Part shown: piece after piece, positions 1 through 10,085 of the stretch
Layout: each line of letters starts with the position of its first letter
Position numbering within the stretch: position 1 is the stretch's first letter
Assembly: GCA_963836075.1 (NCBI GenBank)
Contig: CAWIIB010000009.1
Span: 2,048,001 to 2,112,000, forward strand
From: an uncultured Acidobacteriota bacterium
GTDB lineage: Bacteria; Acidobacteriota; JAQAZP01
Direction of reading: 5' to 3'
DNA: 64,000 nucleotides
Notes under the pieces: model-generated
What the model saw: only the letters and a program-made list of their open reading frames with translations
What the model was told of the DNA's origin: nothing
The model's database searches: none
Position numbers and translations under genes: made by a program

Positions 1-59
1 GACAGGCCCAGCAGCAGGCAAATAACGCACGTACTGACGATCAGTCTGGCTCTACGCAT
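1..59 (-). CDS. 5' end of a secreted protein (runs off the window)
   Basis: Minus strand AGGAG RBS then ATG at 59: MRRARLIVSTCVICLLLGL, typical signal peptide. Confidence 0.6.
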   Translation of the reverse strand, partial: MRRARLIVSTCVICLLLGL

Positions 60-280
60 GATGTACTCCTGAAAAATTGATGGGAACAAGGGAAACTGCG
101 CTCAATGGCTGGATGGTAGTTCCTGAATTGAATAAATACCTGTATATCAGGGGCGTCCGGGGAAAATGCCACTGGGTCCGCCCGGCAATCAACCAAATCA
201 ATCCACTAACTGTTCATTAATAATAAGGGATTTTCAACTGAAATGCCAGCAGGGCCGCTCCCGCGGGTGGGCCGCCGGCA

Positions 281-2248
281 CTATCGGGTGGTCGTGGACA
301 GCAGTTTGGTCAGCTGCTCTTCGGCCTGCAGGACCAGGCTGCGGGCCCGATCACTCCGTTCGTCGGCCACCGGTAAGCCCGACGGGTGATACGTGCGGGC
401 CAGATCCAGGGCGGAACGGATCAACTGTTCCCGGCCGGCTGATTCTTCCTCCGGCTGGAGAGCGGGGGGGAGCGGTTCCGCTTCCACATACCCCAGCGCA
501 ACCAGCTTCTGACGAACTTCCTCGGAGACCTGCCGGGCCTCGTCGACGGCAGGGATCGATGCGTGACGCTCGAGCCACCCGGTCAACTGCCCGGAGAGCC
601 GCTGGCAGCTCCGGCTGGCCTCCAGCAGGTATTCCGCAGCGTCCAGTTCGTTCCCCGGGGCGGCGGACAGCGCCGCTTCCTTCAGTTCATCACCGTCCAG
701 GGCCAGCAGGTTCAGCCGTTCGCCCGGATCATTTTCCAGGTCGTAGAGCTCCTGGTGGGCGATGGGAAAACTGCGGTCAGGGAGACAGGGGTAGGGCACC
801 TTTCGCGGGTGAAAACCCGACGGGTTGAGCAACAGTTTCCAGCGGGCGTCGCGCACCGAGTAGACCCCGTCCATCGGCGGCTCGGCCTCCATCCCCTGCG
901 GCAGGCCGTGGCTGAGCTCGGCAAAGGCGAGGGAGCCGGAAGGATCCGTGTCCGTACCCCGCAGCGGCAGCAGGCTGCGGCCCGGGAGATCATCCGGTTG
1001 CGGCAGTCCCGCGGCATGGAGGATGGTGGGCATGAGATCGGTGATCTCAGCCAGGCGGTCCACGGTGCCGGCGGGCGCTATCCGGCCTGGCCAGCGCAGG
1101 ATCAGCGGCACGTGCAGGACACCCTGGTAGATCGAGGCGCTGTGAAAGAAGTAGTGGTTGTGATCGAAGAGTTCGTCTCCGTGGTCCGATGCGAGAATGA
1201 CCAGCGTGTTGTCTTTCAGCCCCAGTTGGTCCACGGTCTCCAGCAGCCGGCCCACGCAGCGGTCGGCCGTCCGGACTTCCGCATCATAGCGCGCGTGAAT
1301 GTAGGCCAGGTCCGCCGCGGAGAGGTCCACCCGCTGCAGGACGATGAGGTCGAGCAACTGGTCAAAGGTCAGGTGCCAGTCCTGCTTCTGCATCAGCTCG
1401 AGGTAGTCCATGCCCAGCCACGGTTTCCAGTAGCGGGCATGGACGAACTCGTCGAACTGTTCTTCGGTCACCGGGATGCGGCCGTCACGGATGCCCTTGT
1501 TCAGGTCGGTCAGCGACACCTTGTCGTCCAGCCACCCGTCGTAATCATCCATCGGCATCAGGAGTTCACGCTCTGCGGCCGGGGGGTCGTACGGGCGGTG
1601 GGGGTTCATCAGGTGTACCCAGGTGAAGGTGGGCTGGCCCTGATTTCCGGTAAGCCAGTCGACCGCCTTGTCGGTCATGCTGTCGTCCCACTGGTCCTGG
1701 GGCGTGGAACTCGAGACATCGGCACGAACAATGTGATCGAACCCGAAGGCATCCTTGGAAAGGATCGCGTCGCCGAAATTGGCCAGGAAAGCGGCGGTGC
1801 GGTATCCGGACTCCCGGAGGTATTCCGGCAGCAGGTCGAGGTGTTCACCAGGGAGGATCGAGTTGTTGCGTACGCCGTGTTCCAGGGGGTAACGGCCGGT
1901 GAGCAGGGAAGTGAGGGCCGGCCAGGTCTGGCCCCGGGGGACCTGGGTCTGGTTGAACCGGACTCCCTCGGCGGCCAGGCCGTCCATGGCCGGGCTGGTG
2001 GGCCGGGGGTAGCCGTAGCAGCCGAGGTGGTCGGCGCGCAGCGCGTCGAGGGTGATCAGCAGGATGTGGAACGGCGGCGCTTGGTCCCCGCCGGCCGCGG
2101 GGGTCACCGTCGAGCCATGGTCGCCTGACCAGCAGCCCAGGCCGAAAATGGACAGATAGAGGACAAGGCCCAGCGGCAGACACAACAACGCCGCCGAGCG
2201 GAGAATGCGGGCAGACTTCAATTGTTGCAGGGGGGCTGGCAGGGCCAT
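281..2248 (-). CDS. Sulfatase-like / alkaline phosphatase superfamily protein, membrane anchored
   Basis: LLITLDALRADHLGCYGY, TWPALTSLLTGRYP, HLMNPHRPY, SDHGD and ELYDLENDPGE motifs, C-terminal LVALGYV; N-terminal hydrophobic segment; start chosen at MALPAP. Confidence 0.85.
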   Translation of the reverse strand: MALPAPLQQLKSARILRSAALLCLPLGLVLYLSIFGLGCWSGDHGSTVTPAAGGDQAPPFHILLITLDALRADHLGCYGYPRPTSPAMDGLAAEGVRFNQTQVPRGQTWPALTSLLTGRYPLEHGVRNNSILPGEHLDLLPEYLRESGYRTAAFLANFGDAILSKDAFGFDHIVRADVSSSTPQDQWDDSMTDKAVDWLTGNQGQPTFTWVHLMNPHRPYDPPAAERELLMPMDDYDGWLDDKVSLTDLNKGIRDGRIPVTEEQFDEFVHARYWKPWLGMDYLELMQKQDWHLTFDQLLDLIVLQRVDLSAADLAYIHARYDAEVRTADRCVGRLLETVDQLGLKDNTLVILASDHGDELFDHNHYFFHSASIYQGVLHVPLILRWPGRIAPAGTVDRLAEITDLMPTILHAAGLPQPDDLPGRSLLPLRGTDTDPSGSLAFAELSHGLPQGMEAEPPMDGVYSVRDARWKLLLNPSGFHPRKVPYPCLPDRSFPIAHQELYDLENDPGERLNLLALDGDELKEAALSAAPGNELDAAEYLLEASRSCQRLSGQLTGWLERHASIPAVDEARQVSEEVRQKLVALGYVEAEPLPPALQPEEESAGREQLIRSALDLARTYHPSGLPVADERSDRARSLVLQAEEQLTKLLSTTTR

Positions 2249-2498
2249 TACCCACGTGCTCCAGGTGTAGTGGCCCCCGACGAGCCGTTTATGAATTCGA
2301 ATCGACCGTGGCCATCCCGTTTCCAGGCCGTACAGTCGAAGCAATTGATGCAACCAGTATACCCCAAGGATCGGAATCCTGTACTTTTGGCGGTCCCGGG
2401 TCACCTGCTGAAGTGGACACGATCGGGGCGTGGCATACTTCTGGTGTCGGCGCAATACGCCATGAGCCCGGAGTGATCCGGCTGCTGCCGTGCGAGAG

Positions 2499-3710
2499 AT
2501 GATGATAAGAAAAAGACGCCCACATCCCGGTAGATCGATCCTCTTCCTGCTGCTGGCCCTGCAGGCCGCCTGTGCCGGCAGCCCGAAAAAGGTGATCTAC
2601 ACCCCGGACGAGTTCACCGCCGAGATGCGCAGTCTGGTGGGTGATGAGCATCCCGCGCTGGCGGTGCGGTATGACGAGCTTCTGGATGCCGGCAAGGAAG
2701 AATTCACCCTGGGGGTGGACCTGTTGCGGCCGCCCTATCAGCTGGACGCGGTTTCCCGGGAGCGGATCCTCGACTGTGTCGGTTTCTCGGGGAGCGAGGC
2801 GCTGCGGCTGATGCAGCTGCGCGACTGCGTGATCAACCGGCCGGCGAAAATCAGCTACAACGGCACCCTGACCCTCGACGCCGCCGGCTGCCTGGAACTG
2901 CGGGAGGGCAACTGTTTCGCACTGACCAACCTCTTTATCGGCGCGGCCCGGGAGGCCGGGCTCCGTTCCTACTACGTGATGGTGGAGGACGTGATCACCA
3001 ACCGCTCCGCCGGGCAGCAGGTCTTTCACATCAACCACATCGTCAGCGGGGTGATCGTCAACAGCGGCCACCGGATGGTGGACTTCATCCCCGATTCCCG
3101 GGAATACCACGTGCGGACCACGCTGAGCGATATCGAAGCCGCCGGTCTGTATTACAACAACCTCGGGGCGAACCTCATGATCTCCGGAGACCTCGACGGG
3201 GCGGGCTACCTGCTGGGGGTGGCCGAGCGGCTCTATCCCGATTCGTACCAGGTGCAGAACAATCTGGGCCTGCTGCACCGCCGCCGCGGCGACCTGGAGG
3301 AGGCCCAGCAGGCGTTCGAGAAGGCCTTCTCCCTCGCCCGGTTCCCCGACCTGATCATGGGCAACCTGCTCGCGCTGTACCGGGACACCGGCCAGGCCGA
3401 CCGGGCCGAGGACCTGAGGCAGCAGTTGAGCAGGGTCAGCCGCCGCAATCCCTACCTCTATCTCGCTCTGGCCCGGGAGTCGCTCAGGGGAAAGGAATAC
3501 CAGCAGGCGCTGGACCACCTGGCCGCCGCCCGGCGGATCGATCACCGGATCCCGGCGATCTATGCTCTGGAGAGCGAAATCTGGGAAACCCTGGATAACC
3601 CGCGGCGGCTGAAGCGGGCGCAGAAAAAGCTGGCGCGCCTGCTGGAGCTGGAGGGCGGTTCAGGGGCAAGCGAAATGGCCGAGGAGATCACCCGGACAGT
3701 TTCGGGTTGA
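2499..3710 (+). CDS. Lipoprotein with transglutaminase-like domain and TPR repeats
   Basis: Lipobox-like LQAAC; GNCFALTNLF...NHIV...MVDF (Cys-His-Asp); NNLG TPR motifs. Confidence 0.75.
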   Translation: MMIRKRRPHPGRSILFLLLALQAACAGSPKKVIYTPDEFTAEMRSLVGDEHPALAVRYDELLDAGKEEFTLGVDLLRPPYQLDAVSRERILDCVGFSGSEALRLMQLRDCVINRPAKISYNGTLTLDAAGCLELREGNCFALTNLFIGAAREAGLRSYYVMVEDVITNRSAGQQVFHINHIVSGVIVNSGHRMVDFIPDSREYHVRTTLSDIEAAGLYYNNLGANLMISGDLDGAGYLLGVAERLYPDSYQVQNNLGLLHRRRGDLEEAQQAFEKAFSLARFPDLIMGNLLALYRDTGQADRAEDLRQQLSRVSRRNPYLYLALARESLRGKEYQQALDHLAAARRIDHRIPAIYALESEIWETLDNPRRLKRAQKKLARLLELEGGSGASEMAEEITRTVSG

Positions 3711-4815
3711 GGGCCTGCAGATCCTCGGGAACGAACAGTCCGTCCTTGCGCACCAGTTCCCCGTCAAAGCGGATCTCCCCGCCGCCGTGATCCCCGTCCT
3801 GCAGGCAGACCAGGTCCCAGTGCACGGCGCTGCGGTTGCCGTTGTCGGTCTCCTTCCACTCGGTCAGCGAATCACCGGGGGTGAAGTGGTAGGACCCGGC
3901 GATCTTCTCGTCAAAGAGGATGTCGAGCATCGGCCGGGTGATCCGCGGGTTGAGGCCCAGGGCGAACTCGCCGATGTAGCGCGCCCCCGGATCGCGGTCC
4001 AGCACCTGGTTGAGATGCTCACTGTTGCTGCTGGTGGCCTCGACGATGCGGCCTTTCTCGAAGCGCAGGCGGACGTCCTCGTGGATCACGCCGTCGTCAC
4101 TGATAGTGGGAGCGTTGTATTGCACCACGCCTTCCGCGCTCTCCAGCACCGGGGCGGTGCAGACCTCGCCGTCGGGGATGTTGTTCCTCCCCTCGCAGCA
4201 GATCCCCCCCATCCCCTCCAGGGAGAAGCGGAGATCGGTGCCCGGGCCGGTGATCTGCACTTCCCTGGCCGCGGTCATCCGCTGGCCCAGGGGTTTCATC
4301 GCCCGGGCCAGCTCGCCATAGTCCAGGGTGCAGACGTCGAAGAAAAAGTTCTCGAAGGCTTCGGTGCTCATCCCCGCCTGCTGGGCCATGGAGGGATGGG
4401 GCCAGCGCAGCACCACCCAGCGGGTGTCCACGCAGCGGATCCGCAGGTGGACCTTCTCCCAGACGTGACCCAGGTAGTGCTGCTGCGACGCGGCGGGGAT
4501 GTCGGACAGTTCGGTGATGTTGCGCTGGCCGCGGATGCCGATGTAGGCATCGACGCTGTTCATCGCCAGCGCCTCCACCTCCCCCTGGAGCTGCATCTGC
4601 TCTGCACTGGCTTCCAGACGCAGCGCCCGGTCCACCATGGTGTCCTTGAGCAGCACCAGCGGGTGGGCCCCGGCGGCCCGCGCGGTGCGCACCAGCTGGC
4701 AGGTCATGGCCGTCGGAGTGTCGATGGCCTCGATGAGGACGTTCTCTCCCGGCTGCAGGGCCGTGGACCAGCTGATCAGGGTATGGGCCAGTTGCGAAAG
4801 GCGCGGGTCGTTCAT
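3688..4815 (-). CDS. Aminopeptidase, M29 family (AmpS/aminopeptidase T-like)
   Basis: NIPDGEV, IGEFALG, LFDEKIAGSYHFTPG and SAVHWDLV motifs. Confidence 0.9.
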   Translation of the reverse strand: MNDPRLSQLAHTLISWSTALQPGENVLIEAIDTPTAMTCQLVRTARAAGAHPLVLLKDTMVDRALRLEASAEQMQLQGEVEALAMNSVDAYIGIRGQRNITELSDIPAASQQHYLGHVWEKVHLRIRCVDTRWVVLRWPHPSMAQQAGMSTEAFENFFFDVCTLDYGELARAMKPLGQRMTAAREVQITGPGTDLRFSLEGMGGICCEGRNNIPDGEVCTAPVLESAEGVVQYNAPTISDDGVIHEDVRLRFEKGRIVEATSSNSEHLNQVLDRDPGARYIGEFALGLNPRITRPMLDILFDEKIAGSYHFTPGDSLTEWKETDNGNRSAVHWDLVCLQDGDHGGGEIRFDGELVRKDGLFVPEDLQALNPKLSG

Positions 4816-4991
4816 CCAGTGCCTCCGTTTGACTTCGGGTGGTGGACTGCGACGGAGGCCGCCGCAGGGTGCTGCCCATGGTATACGTCAGCGGTGCGGC
4901 CGAATCAAGCGCGATGGAGGGACGGCCAGCTTGCGGGCTGGCCTGGGCGGCCGAAAGCATATAGAGTAAAGGGACTGGAGACCTGTTGCCC

Positions 4992-6362
4992 ATGCCCTTG
5001 CCCTGGTACAAAAAGCTGCACTGGAAGATCATCATCGGCCTGGTGCTGGGGCTGGTCTACGGCGTGGTGGCGGCGGTCATGGGCTGGGGGGATTTCACCG
5101 CCAGCTGGATCTCACCCTTTGGCACCATCTTCATCAACCTGCTGAAGCTTATCGCAGTGCCGCTGATCCTGGCCTCGCTGGTCACCGGCGTGGCCTCCCT
5201 CTCCGACCTGAAGAAACTCTCGCGGATCGGCGGCAAGACCATCGCCATCTACATCGGCACCACCGCCGTGGCGGTGACCATCGGTCTCCTGCTGGTCAAC
5301 CTGCTCGGTCCGGGGTATGCCATCCCCGAGCAGTTGCACCACGAGCTGGCCGCGGTCTACGACGAGGAGGTCAGCACCCGGACCGGTCATGCTGAGACGG
5401 TGAAAGACCAGGGGCCGCTCCAGGCCCTGGTGGACATGGTTCCGGACAACTTCTTCGGGGCGGCCTCGAACAACCGCAACATGCTGCAGGTGGTTTTCTT
5501 CGCCATCTTCCTCGGCATCGGCCTGATCCAGGTGCCGGCGGAAAAGGCCAAACCGGTGCTCCGCTTTTTTGACGGTCTCAATGCGGTGGTTATCCGCCTG
5601 GTGGATCTGATCATGCTGATGGCCCCGCTGGGGGTCTTTGCCCTGATGGCCGGTGTGATCACCACCGTGGCCGGCGATGACGTGAGCCAGATCATCCACC
5701 TGCTGGGAGCTCTCGGCTTTTACTGCATCACCGTGATCGCCGGTCTGGCCCTGCACATGGCCATCACCTATTCCTGCCTGATCCGTTTCCTCACCCCGAT
5801 GAAGCTGCGCACCTTCTACGCCGGGATCGCCCCGGCCCAGCTGCTGGCCTTTTCCACCAGCTCCAGTGCGGCCACTCTGCCGGTGACCATGGAGCGCTGC
5901 GAGGAGAAGCTCGGGGTATCGGAGGAGGTCTCCTCCTTTGTCCTGCCGTTGGGGGCCACCATCAACATGGATGGCACCGCCCTCTACCAGGGTGTGGCCA
6001 CGGTCTTCATCGCCCAGGCCCTGGGCATCGATCTCGGCCTCGGCGCCCAGCTGACCATCGTGCTCACCGCGGTGCTGGCCTCCATCGGCACTGCCGCGGT
6101 GCCCAGTGCCGGGATCATCATGCTGCTGATCATCCTCGAGGCGGTGGGGGTGCCGGCCACCGGCATCGCGCTGATTCTCGGTGTGGACCGCATCCTCGAC
6201 ATGCTGCGCACGGTGACCAACGTCACCGGTGACGCGGCGGTGGCCTCGGTGGTGGCGGCCACCGAGGGTCAGCTGGGCACGCCGTCCCTCGATGAGTCCG
6301 CCGACGCGGTGCGCACCACCGCCGAGCGGGACCTGCACCAGGTGATCGAGGAAGGCGAGTAG
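4992..6362 (+). CDS. Dicarboxylate/amino acid:cation symporter (DAACS, GltP-like)
   Basis: AFSTSSSAATLP, GATINMDGTALY and DRILDMLRTVTNVTGD signatures. Confidence 0.95.
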   Translation: MPLPWYKKLHWKIIIGLVLGLVYGVVAAVMGWGDFTASWISPFGTIFINLLKLIAVPLILASLVTGVASLSDLKKLSRIGGKTIAIYIGTTAVAVTIGLLLVNLLGPGYAIPEQLHHELAAVYDEEVSTRTGHAETVKDQGPLQALVDMVPDNFFGAASNNRNMLQVVFFAIFLGIGLIQVPAEKAKPVLRFFDGLNAVVIRLVDLIMLMAPLGVFALMAGVITTVAGDDVSQIIHLLGALGFYCITVIAGLALHMAITYSCLIRFLTPMKLRTFYAGIAPAQLLAFSTSSSAATLPVTMERCEEKLGVSEEVSSFVLPLGATINMDGTALYQGVATVFIAQALGIDLGLGAQLTIVLTAVLASIGTAAVPSAGIIMLLIILEAVGVPATGIALILGVDRILDMLRTVTNVTGDAAVASVVAATEGQLGTPSLDESADAVRTTAERDLHQVIEEGE

Positions 6363-6377
6363 TACTTGCTCCACTTC

Positions 6378-7235
6378 CTACGGTTTTTCCGCGCTCACCG
6401 AGAGGCTCACCACGAAGTCACCGGGGCTGGTGCCCTCGGGCAGGGCGTCGAGGATCTTGCGGTACAGCGGGTCCTGCCATTCGGTCATGGAGTCGACGTA
6501 GCCGGACTTCTGATCCAGCTGGACCCCGATCAGGCCGGCCTGGCGGATCATCTTCGCGGTTTCCTCGATCAGCACCGCTCCGGAAACACAGCCCACCAGA
6601 GCCTCCACCATCTCCCGCACCTCATCGGGGAGCGGTCGCAGCAGGGCCAGGTCAGATATGGCTGCACGTCCACCCGGCTTGAGGACCCGGGCGATCTCGT
6701 TCCAGACCTGCTGCTTGTCCGGCGAGAGGTTGATCACACAGTTGGAGATCACCACGTCGGCGCTGTTGTCCGCCAGCGGCAGGTGCTCGATCTCGCCCAG
6801 GCGGAACTCCACGTTGTCCAGCCCGCTGGTCTCCCGGTACTGGCCCAGGTTGGTGCGGGCCTTGCCCAGCATCTCCGGGGTCATGTCCACACCGATGGCC
6901 CGGCCGGCTGGACCCACCGCCCGCCCGGCGATAAAGACGTCGAAACCGCCGCCGCTGCCCAGGTCCACCACCACCTCACCCGGCTCGAGGGTGGCCAGCG
7001 CCACCGGGTTGCCGCAGGAGAGGCCCATGTTGGCCCCTTCCGGGAGCTGGGCCAGTTCGGCTGCATCGTAGCCCACGGCCCGGGCCAGCTGTTCGGCGGC
7101 ATCCGGCCCGTCGGAACCGCAGCATGACGTCGGGCCGCAGCAACTTGATGCATTCTGCGTGGCGATCTTCGCGTATCCGTCCCGCACCGTGGCGCGGACC
7201 TCTTCCTGCTTCTCGAGATTATTGTGCTTGTCCAT
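6378..7235 (-). CDS. arsM: Arsenite S-adenosylmethionine methyltransferase
   Basis: MGLSCGNP, VVDLGSGGGFD, ISNCVINL and GCVSGA motifs; N-terminal CC pairs; downstream of ArsR. Confidence 0.92.
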   Translation of the reverse strand: MDKHNNLEKQEEVRATVRDGYAKIATQNASSCCGPTSCCGSDGPDAAEQLARAVGYDAAELAQLPEGANMGLSCGNPVALATLEPGEVVVDLGSGGGFDVFIAGRAVGPAGRAIGVDMTPEMLGKARTNLGQYRETSGLDNVEFRLGEIEHLPLADNSADVVISNCVINLSPDKQQVWNEIARVLKPGGRAAISDLALLRPLPDEVREMVEALVGCVSGAVLIEETAKMIRQAGLIGVQLDQKSGYVDSMTEWQDPLYRKILDALPEGTSPGDFVVSLSVSAEKP

Positions 7236-7266
7236 TGGTATTACTCCGTTGGTATGGGTTGGCTTG

Positions 7267-7629
7267 TCAGCGGTGGTAGTGGCAGCAGAGGGTTTCCTTT
7301 TCCTGTTTCAGCACTTTCTTGAGCTTTCTGGCACCGCTGCGGGCCGGTTGGCTGCGGCCCACCGAGCGTTCCACCCATTGCAGCGCCTCCTGCACCACCG
7401 GGGGTGCGTTCTCCCCGGCCAGCCGGTAGTACTGCCAGCGGCCGGCCTTGCGGCGGCGCACCAGCCCGGCCTGGAACAGCACGGTCATGTGCCGCGAGAC
7501 CGTGGATGGGGCGAGGCCCAGCAGCTCGATGATCTGGCAGACGCAGAGTTCACCCCGCCGCAGGTGGAGTAGCGCCTGGACCCGGCTGCCGTCGGAAAGG
7601 GCCTGGGCAATGTTGAGAAACTGGTCCAT
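7267..7629 (-). CDS. arsR: ArsR/SmtB family metalloregulator
   Basis: ALSDGSR..ELCVC..STVSRHM helix-turn-helix; C-terminal CC. Confidence 0.9.
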   Translation of the reverse strand: MDQFLNIAQALSDGSRVQALLHLRRGELCVCQIIELLGLAPSTVSRHMTVLFQAGLVRRRKAGRWQYYRLAGENAPPVVQEALQWVERSVGRSQPARSGARKLKKVLKQEKETLCCHYHR

Positions 7630-7645
7630 TCCTTTTCACTCCTAT

Positions 7646-7665
7646 ACTTCGCGAAATAACGAAGT
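7646..7665. promoter_or_regulatory. Probable ArsR operator
   Basis: Inverted repeat ACTTCG-N8-CGAAGT between the -10 box and the arsR start. Confidence 0.6.
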
Positions 7666-7666
7666 G

Positions 7667-7695
7667 AGTATAGAGCCCCACAGTACTTCTGTCAA
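7667..7695 (-). promoter_or_regulatory. Sigma70 promoter of arsR-arsM
   Basis: Minus strand TTGACA-N17-TATACT. Confidence 0.8.
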
Positions 7696-7759
7696 CTACC
7701 AGGTGCCCGTCCCCGTTTTCTTGCGAACCCTTCCTTGACATGATCCGGGGAATATGGGA

Positions 7760-7920
7760 ACTTGGTTCCGGGTGGCCCCCTGGGGCCTGAAAAGGGAAGA
7801 CGGTGTGAATCCGTTGCGGACCCGCCGCTGTAACCCGGGACGAAAGCCGCATGCTGCCACTGCCCCAAAGGGTGGGAAGGCGCGGCCGGTAGGATGATCG
7901 GGAAGCCAGAAGACCTGCCC
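7760..7920 (+). ncRNA. Cobalamin (B12) riboswitch
   Basis: AAAAGGGAAGACGGTGTGAATCCG...CGCCGCTGTAA...GCCACTG...GGGAAGGC...AGCCAGAAGACCTGCC (B12 box), upstream of a TonB receptor. Confidence 0.93.
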
Positions 7921-7990
7921 ACGGGTACAAGTGCACTGTCCGACCCTCGAGGAGCAGGGTCGAGACCCCCGCGGCCGAGGATGAATACGG

Positions 7991-8028
7991 ATCCCCGGAC
8001 TTGACGAACCAGGTCCGGGGATTTTTTT
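7991..8028 (+). terminator. Intrinsic terminator in the riboswitch expression platform
   Basis: ATCCCCGGAC...GTCCGGGGAT stem followed by a T-run, between the aptamer and btuB. Confidence 0.75.
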
Positions 8029-8057
8029 GTGCCTCCGCGGGGAGGAAAGGAGAAAAC

Positions 8058-10010
8058 GTGTTAAAGACCAGGGGAACGCTCGCTTTCGTTTCGATGCTCT
8101 GCCTGTTGCTGTGCGGCGGTGCCGATCCACCGGCCCGGGCCGGGGAGGCCAACGACGAGGAACCGCTGGAGCGGATCGAACTGCCCGAGCTGGTGGTCAC
8201 CGCCAACCGCCTGGATACGCCGCCGGACAAGGTGGGCAGCTCGGAGACCGTCATCACCCGCGAACAACTGGACCGGCTGCAGCAGGTGACCGTCTTCGAG
8301 GTGCTGAAAAACGTGCCGGGCCTCGACCTGTCGCGAAGCGGCGGGCCGGGCAGCCCCGCCTCGGTCTTCATCCGCGGCGCCAACTCCGGACAGACCCTGG
8401 TGCTGATCGACGGGGTGGAGGTCAACGATCCGATCTCCACCACCCGCTCGTTCAATTTCGCCGACCTGACCACTGACAACATCGAGCGGATCGAGATCGT
8501 CCGCGGGCCCCAGAGCACGCTCTACGGTTCGGACGCCATCGGCGGTGTGATCAACATCATCACCCGCCAGGGCGAGGGCCCACCCACCCTCTCACTATCA
8601 CTGGAAGGCGGCTCCTTCAACAGCTGGCGCGGCCAGCTCTGGTCCGGCGGTGGCGGCGAAAAGGTGAACTATTCCCTCGGAATGTCGCGCCAGGCCACCG
8701 AGGGCATTTCGGCCGCGGCCGAGAGCCAGGGCAACACCGAGAAGGACGGCTTCGAGAACAGTACGGTCTCGGCCCGGGTGGGTTTCACGCCCACCGGAAA
8801 CTTCGGGATAAACGTCATCGCCCGTTACGTCGATTCCACCACCGACCTGGACAACTTCGGCGGTCCGTGGGGCGACGACCCGAACCATGTGGGCGACCAG
8901 ACCCAGCTTGTCTTCAGGACCGAGGCGGAACTGACCTTGCTGGACGATCTCTACCACCAGAAGCTGGGGCTCTCGGTCACCGACATCGACCGCGAGTTCC
9001 GCAACGACTACGATGAGGCCCACTCGGCGGAGCGCAGCGAGAGCAGTTTCAAGGGGTCGATCGTCAAAATCGACTGGCAGCACAACGTTCACCTCGGAGA
9101 GGACAATACCCTGACCCTGGGCCTGGAGACCGAGGAGGAGAAGGGCGATTCCCATGTCTACTCCGAGAGCGAGTATGGGCCGTACAGCAGCGTTTTCGAG
9201 GAACAGACCGCGCGGACCAACGGCTACTACATCCAGGACAGCATCGCCGTTCTCGACCAGTGGTTCACCACCGCGGGGATCCGTCTCGACGACCACGACC
9301 GATTCGGGTCCGAAGTCACCTGGCGGCTGACCAGTGCCTGGCTCGTGCCGGACGCGGGAACCACGGTGCGGGGGTCGGTGGGCACCGGGTTCAAGGCGCC
9401 GTCCCTCTACCAGCTCTTCTCCGAGTACGGCAACGTGGACCTCCAGCCGGAGAAGAGCCTGGGCTGGGACGTGGGCCTGGAGCAGATGTTTGCCGGGGGC
9501 CGCGGGTCGGCCGGTGCCGCCTGGTTCGCCAACTCCTTTGACGACCTGCTCGATTTTGACCCGGTCAACTACGTCTACCTGAACATAGCCGAGGCGGAAT
9601 CCCGGGGCCTGGAGATTTTCGCCACCATGCAGGTGGGTGAGAACATCGACCTGGCGGGCAGCTACACCTTCACCGACACCGAGGACAGGACCACCGGCGA
9701 GGAACTGCTGCGCCGGGCCCGGCACAAGGGGGGGATCAACGCCAACTACAAGTTCCTCGAAAGGGGAAACCTCAATCTGGACCTGCTCTATATCGGCAGC
9801 CGCAAGGACAACGATTTCTCCACCTGGCCGGCATCGGTGGTGGAACTGGATCCCTATTTCCTGGCCACCCTGGCCGGCTCCTGGACGTTCGGCGATCACT
9901 TCCAGCTCCTGGGCCGGGTGGAGAACCTGCTGGACGAAGAGTATGAAACCGTGTGGGGATACGGCACCCCGGGCATCGGTGGTTACCTCGGGCTGAAGTT
10001 CAGCCTCTGA
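8058..10010 (+). CDS. btuB: TonB-dependent cobalamin receptor
   Basis: TonB box-like ELVVTANR, plug IERIEIVRGPQSTLYGSDAIGGVINIIT, GFKAPSLYQL; B12 riboswitch upstream; GTG start after AGGAG. Confidence 0.88.
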   Translation: MLKTRGTLAFVSMLCLLLCGGADPPARAGEANDEEPLERIELPELVVTANRLDTPPDKVGSSETVITREQLDRLQQVTVFEVLKNVPGLDLSRSGGPGSPASVFIRGANSGQTLVLIDGVEVNDPISTTRSFNFADLTTDNIERIEIVRGPQSTLYGSDAIGGVINIITRQGEGPPTLSLSLEGGSFNSWRGQLWSGGGGEKVNYSLGMSRQATEGISAAAESQGNTEKDGFENSTVSARVGFTPTGNFGINVIARYVDSTTDLDNFGGPWGDDPNHVGDQTQLVFRTEAELTLLDDLYHQKLGLSVTDIDREFRNDYDEAHSAERSESSFKGSIVKIDWQHNVHLGEDNTLTLGLETEEEKGDSHVYSESEYGPYSSVFEEQTARTNGYYIQDSIAVLDQWFTTAGIRLDDHDRFGSEVTWRLTSAWLVPDAGTTVRGSVGTGFKAPSLYQLFSEYGNVDLQPEKSLGWDVGLEQMFAGGRGSAGAAWFANSFDDLLDFDPVNYVYLNIAEAESRGLEIFATMQVGENIDLAGSYTFTDTEDRTTGEELLRRARHKGGINANYKFLERGNLNLDLLYIGSRKDNDFSTWPASVVELDPYFLATLAGSWTFGDHFQLLGRVENLLDEEYETVWGYGTPGIGGYLGLKFSL

Positions 10011-10085
10011 TCGAAACACTGGTTCCTGTTTCCTTCAGAAACAGGTATATCTGCATGGTGAAAACCCCTTGCGGGGGGGAAGGCC

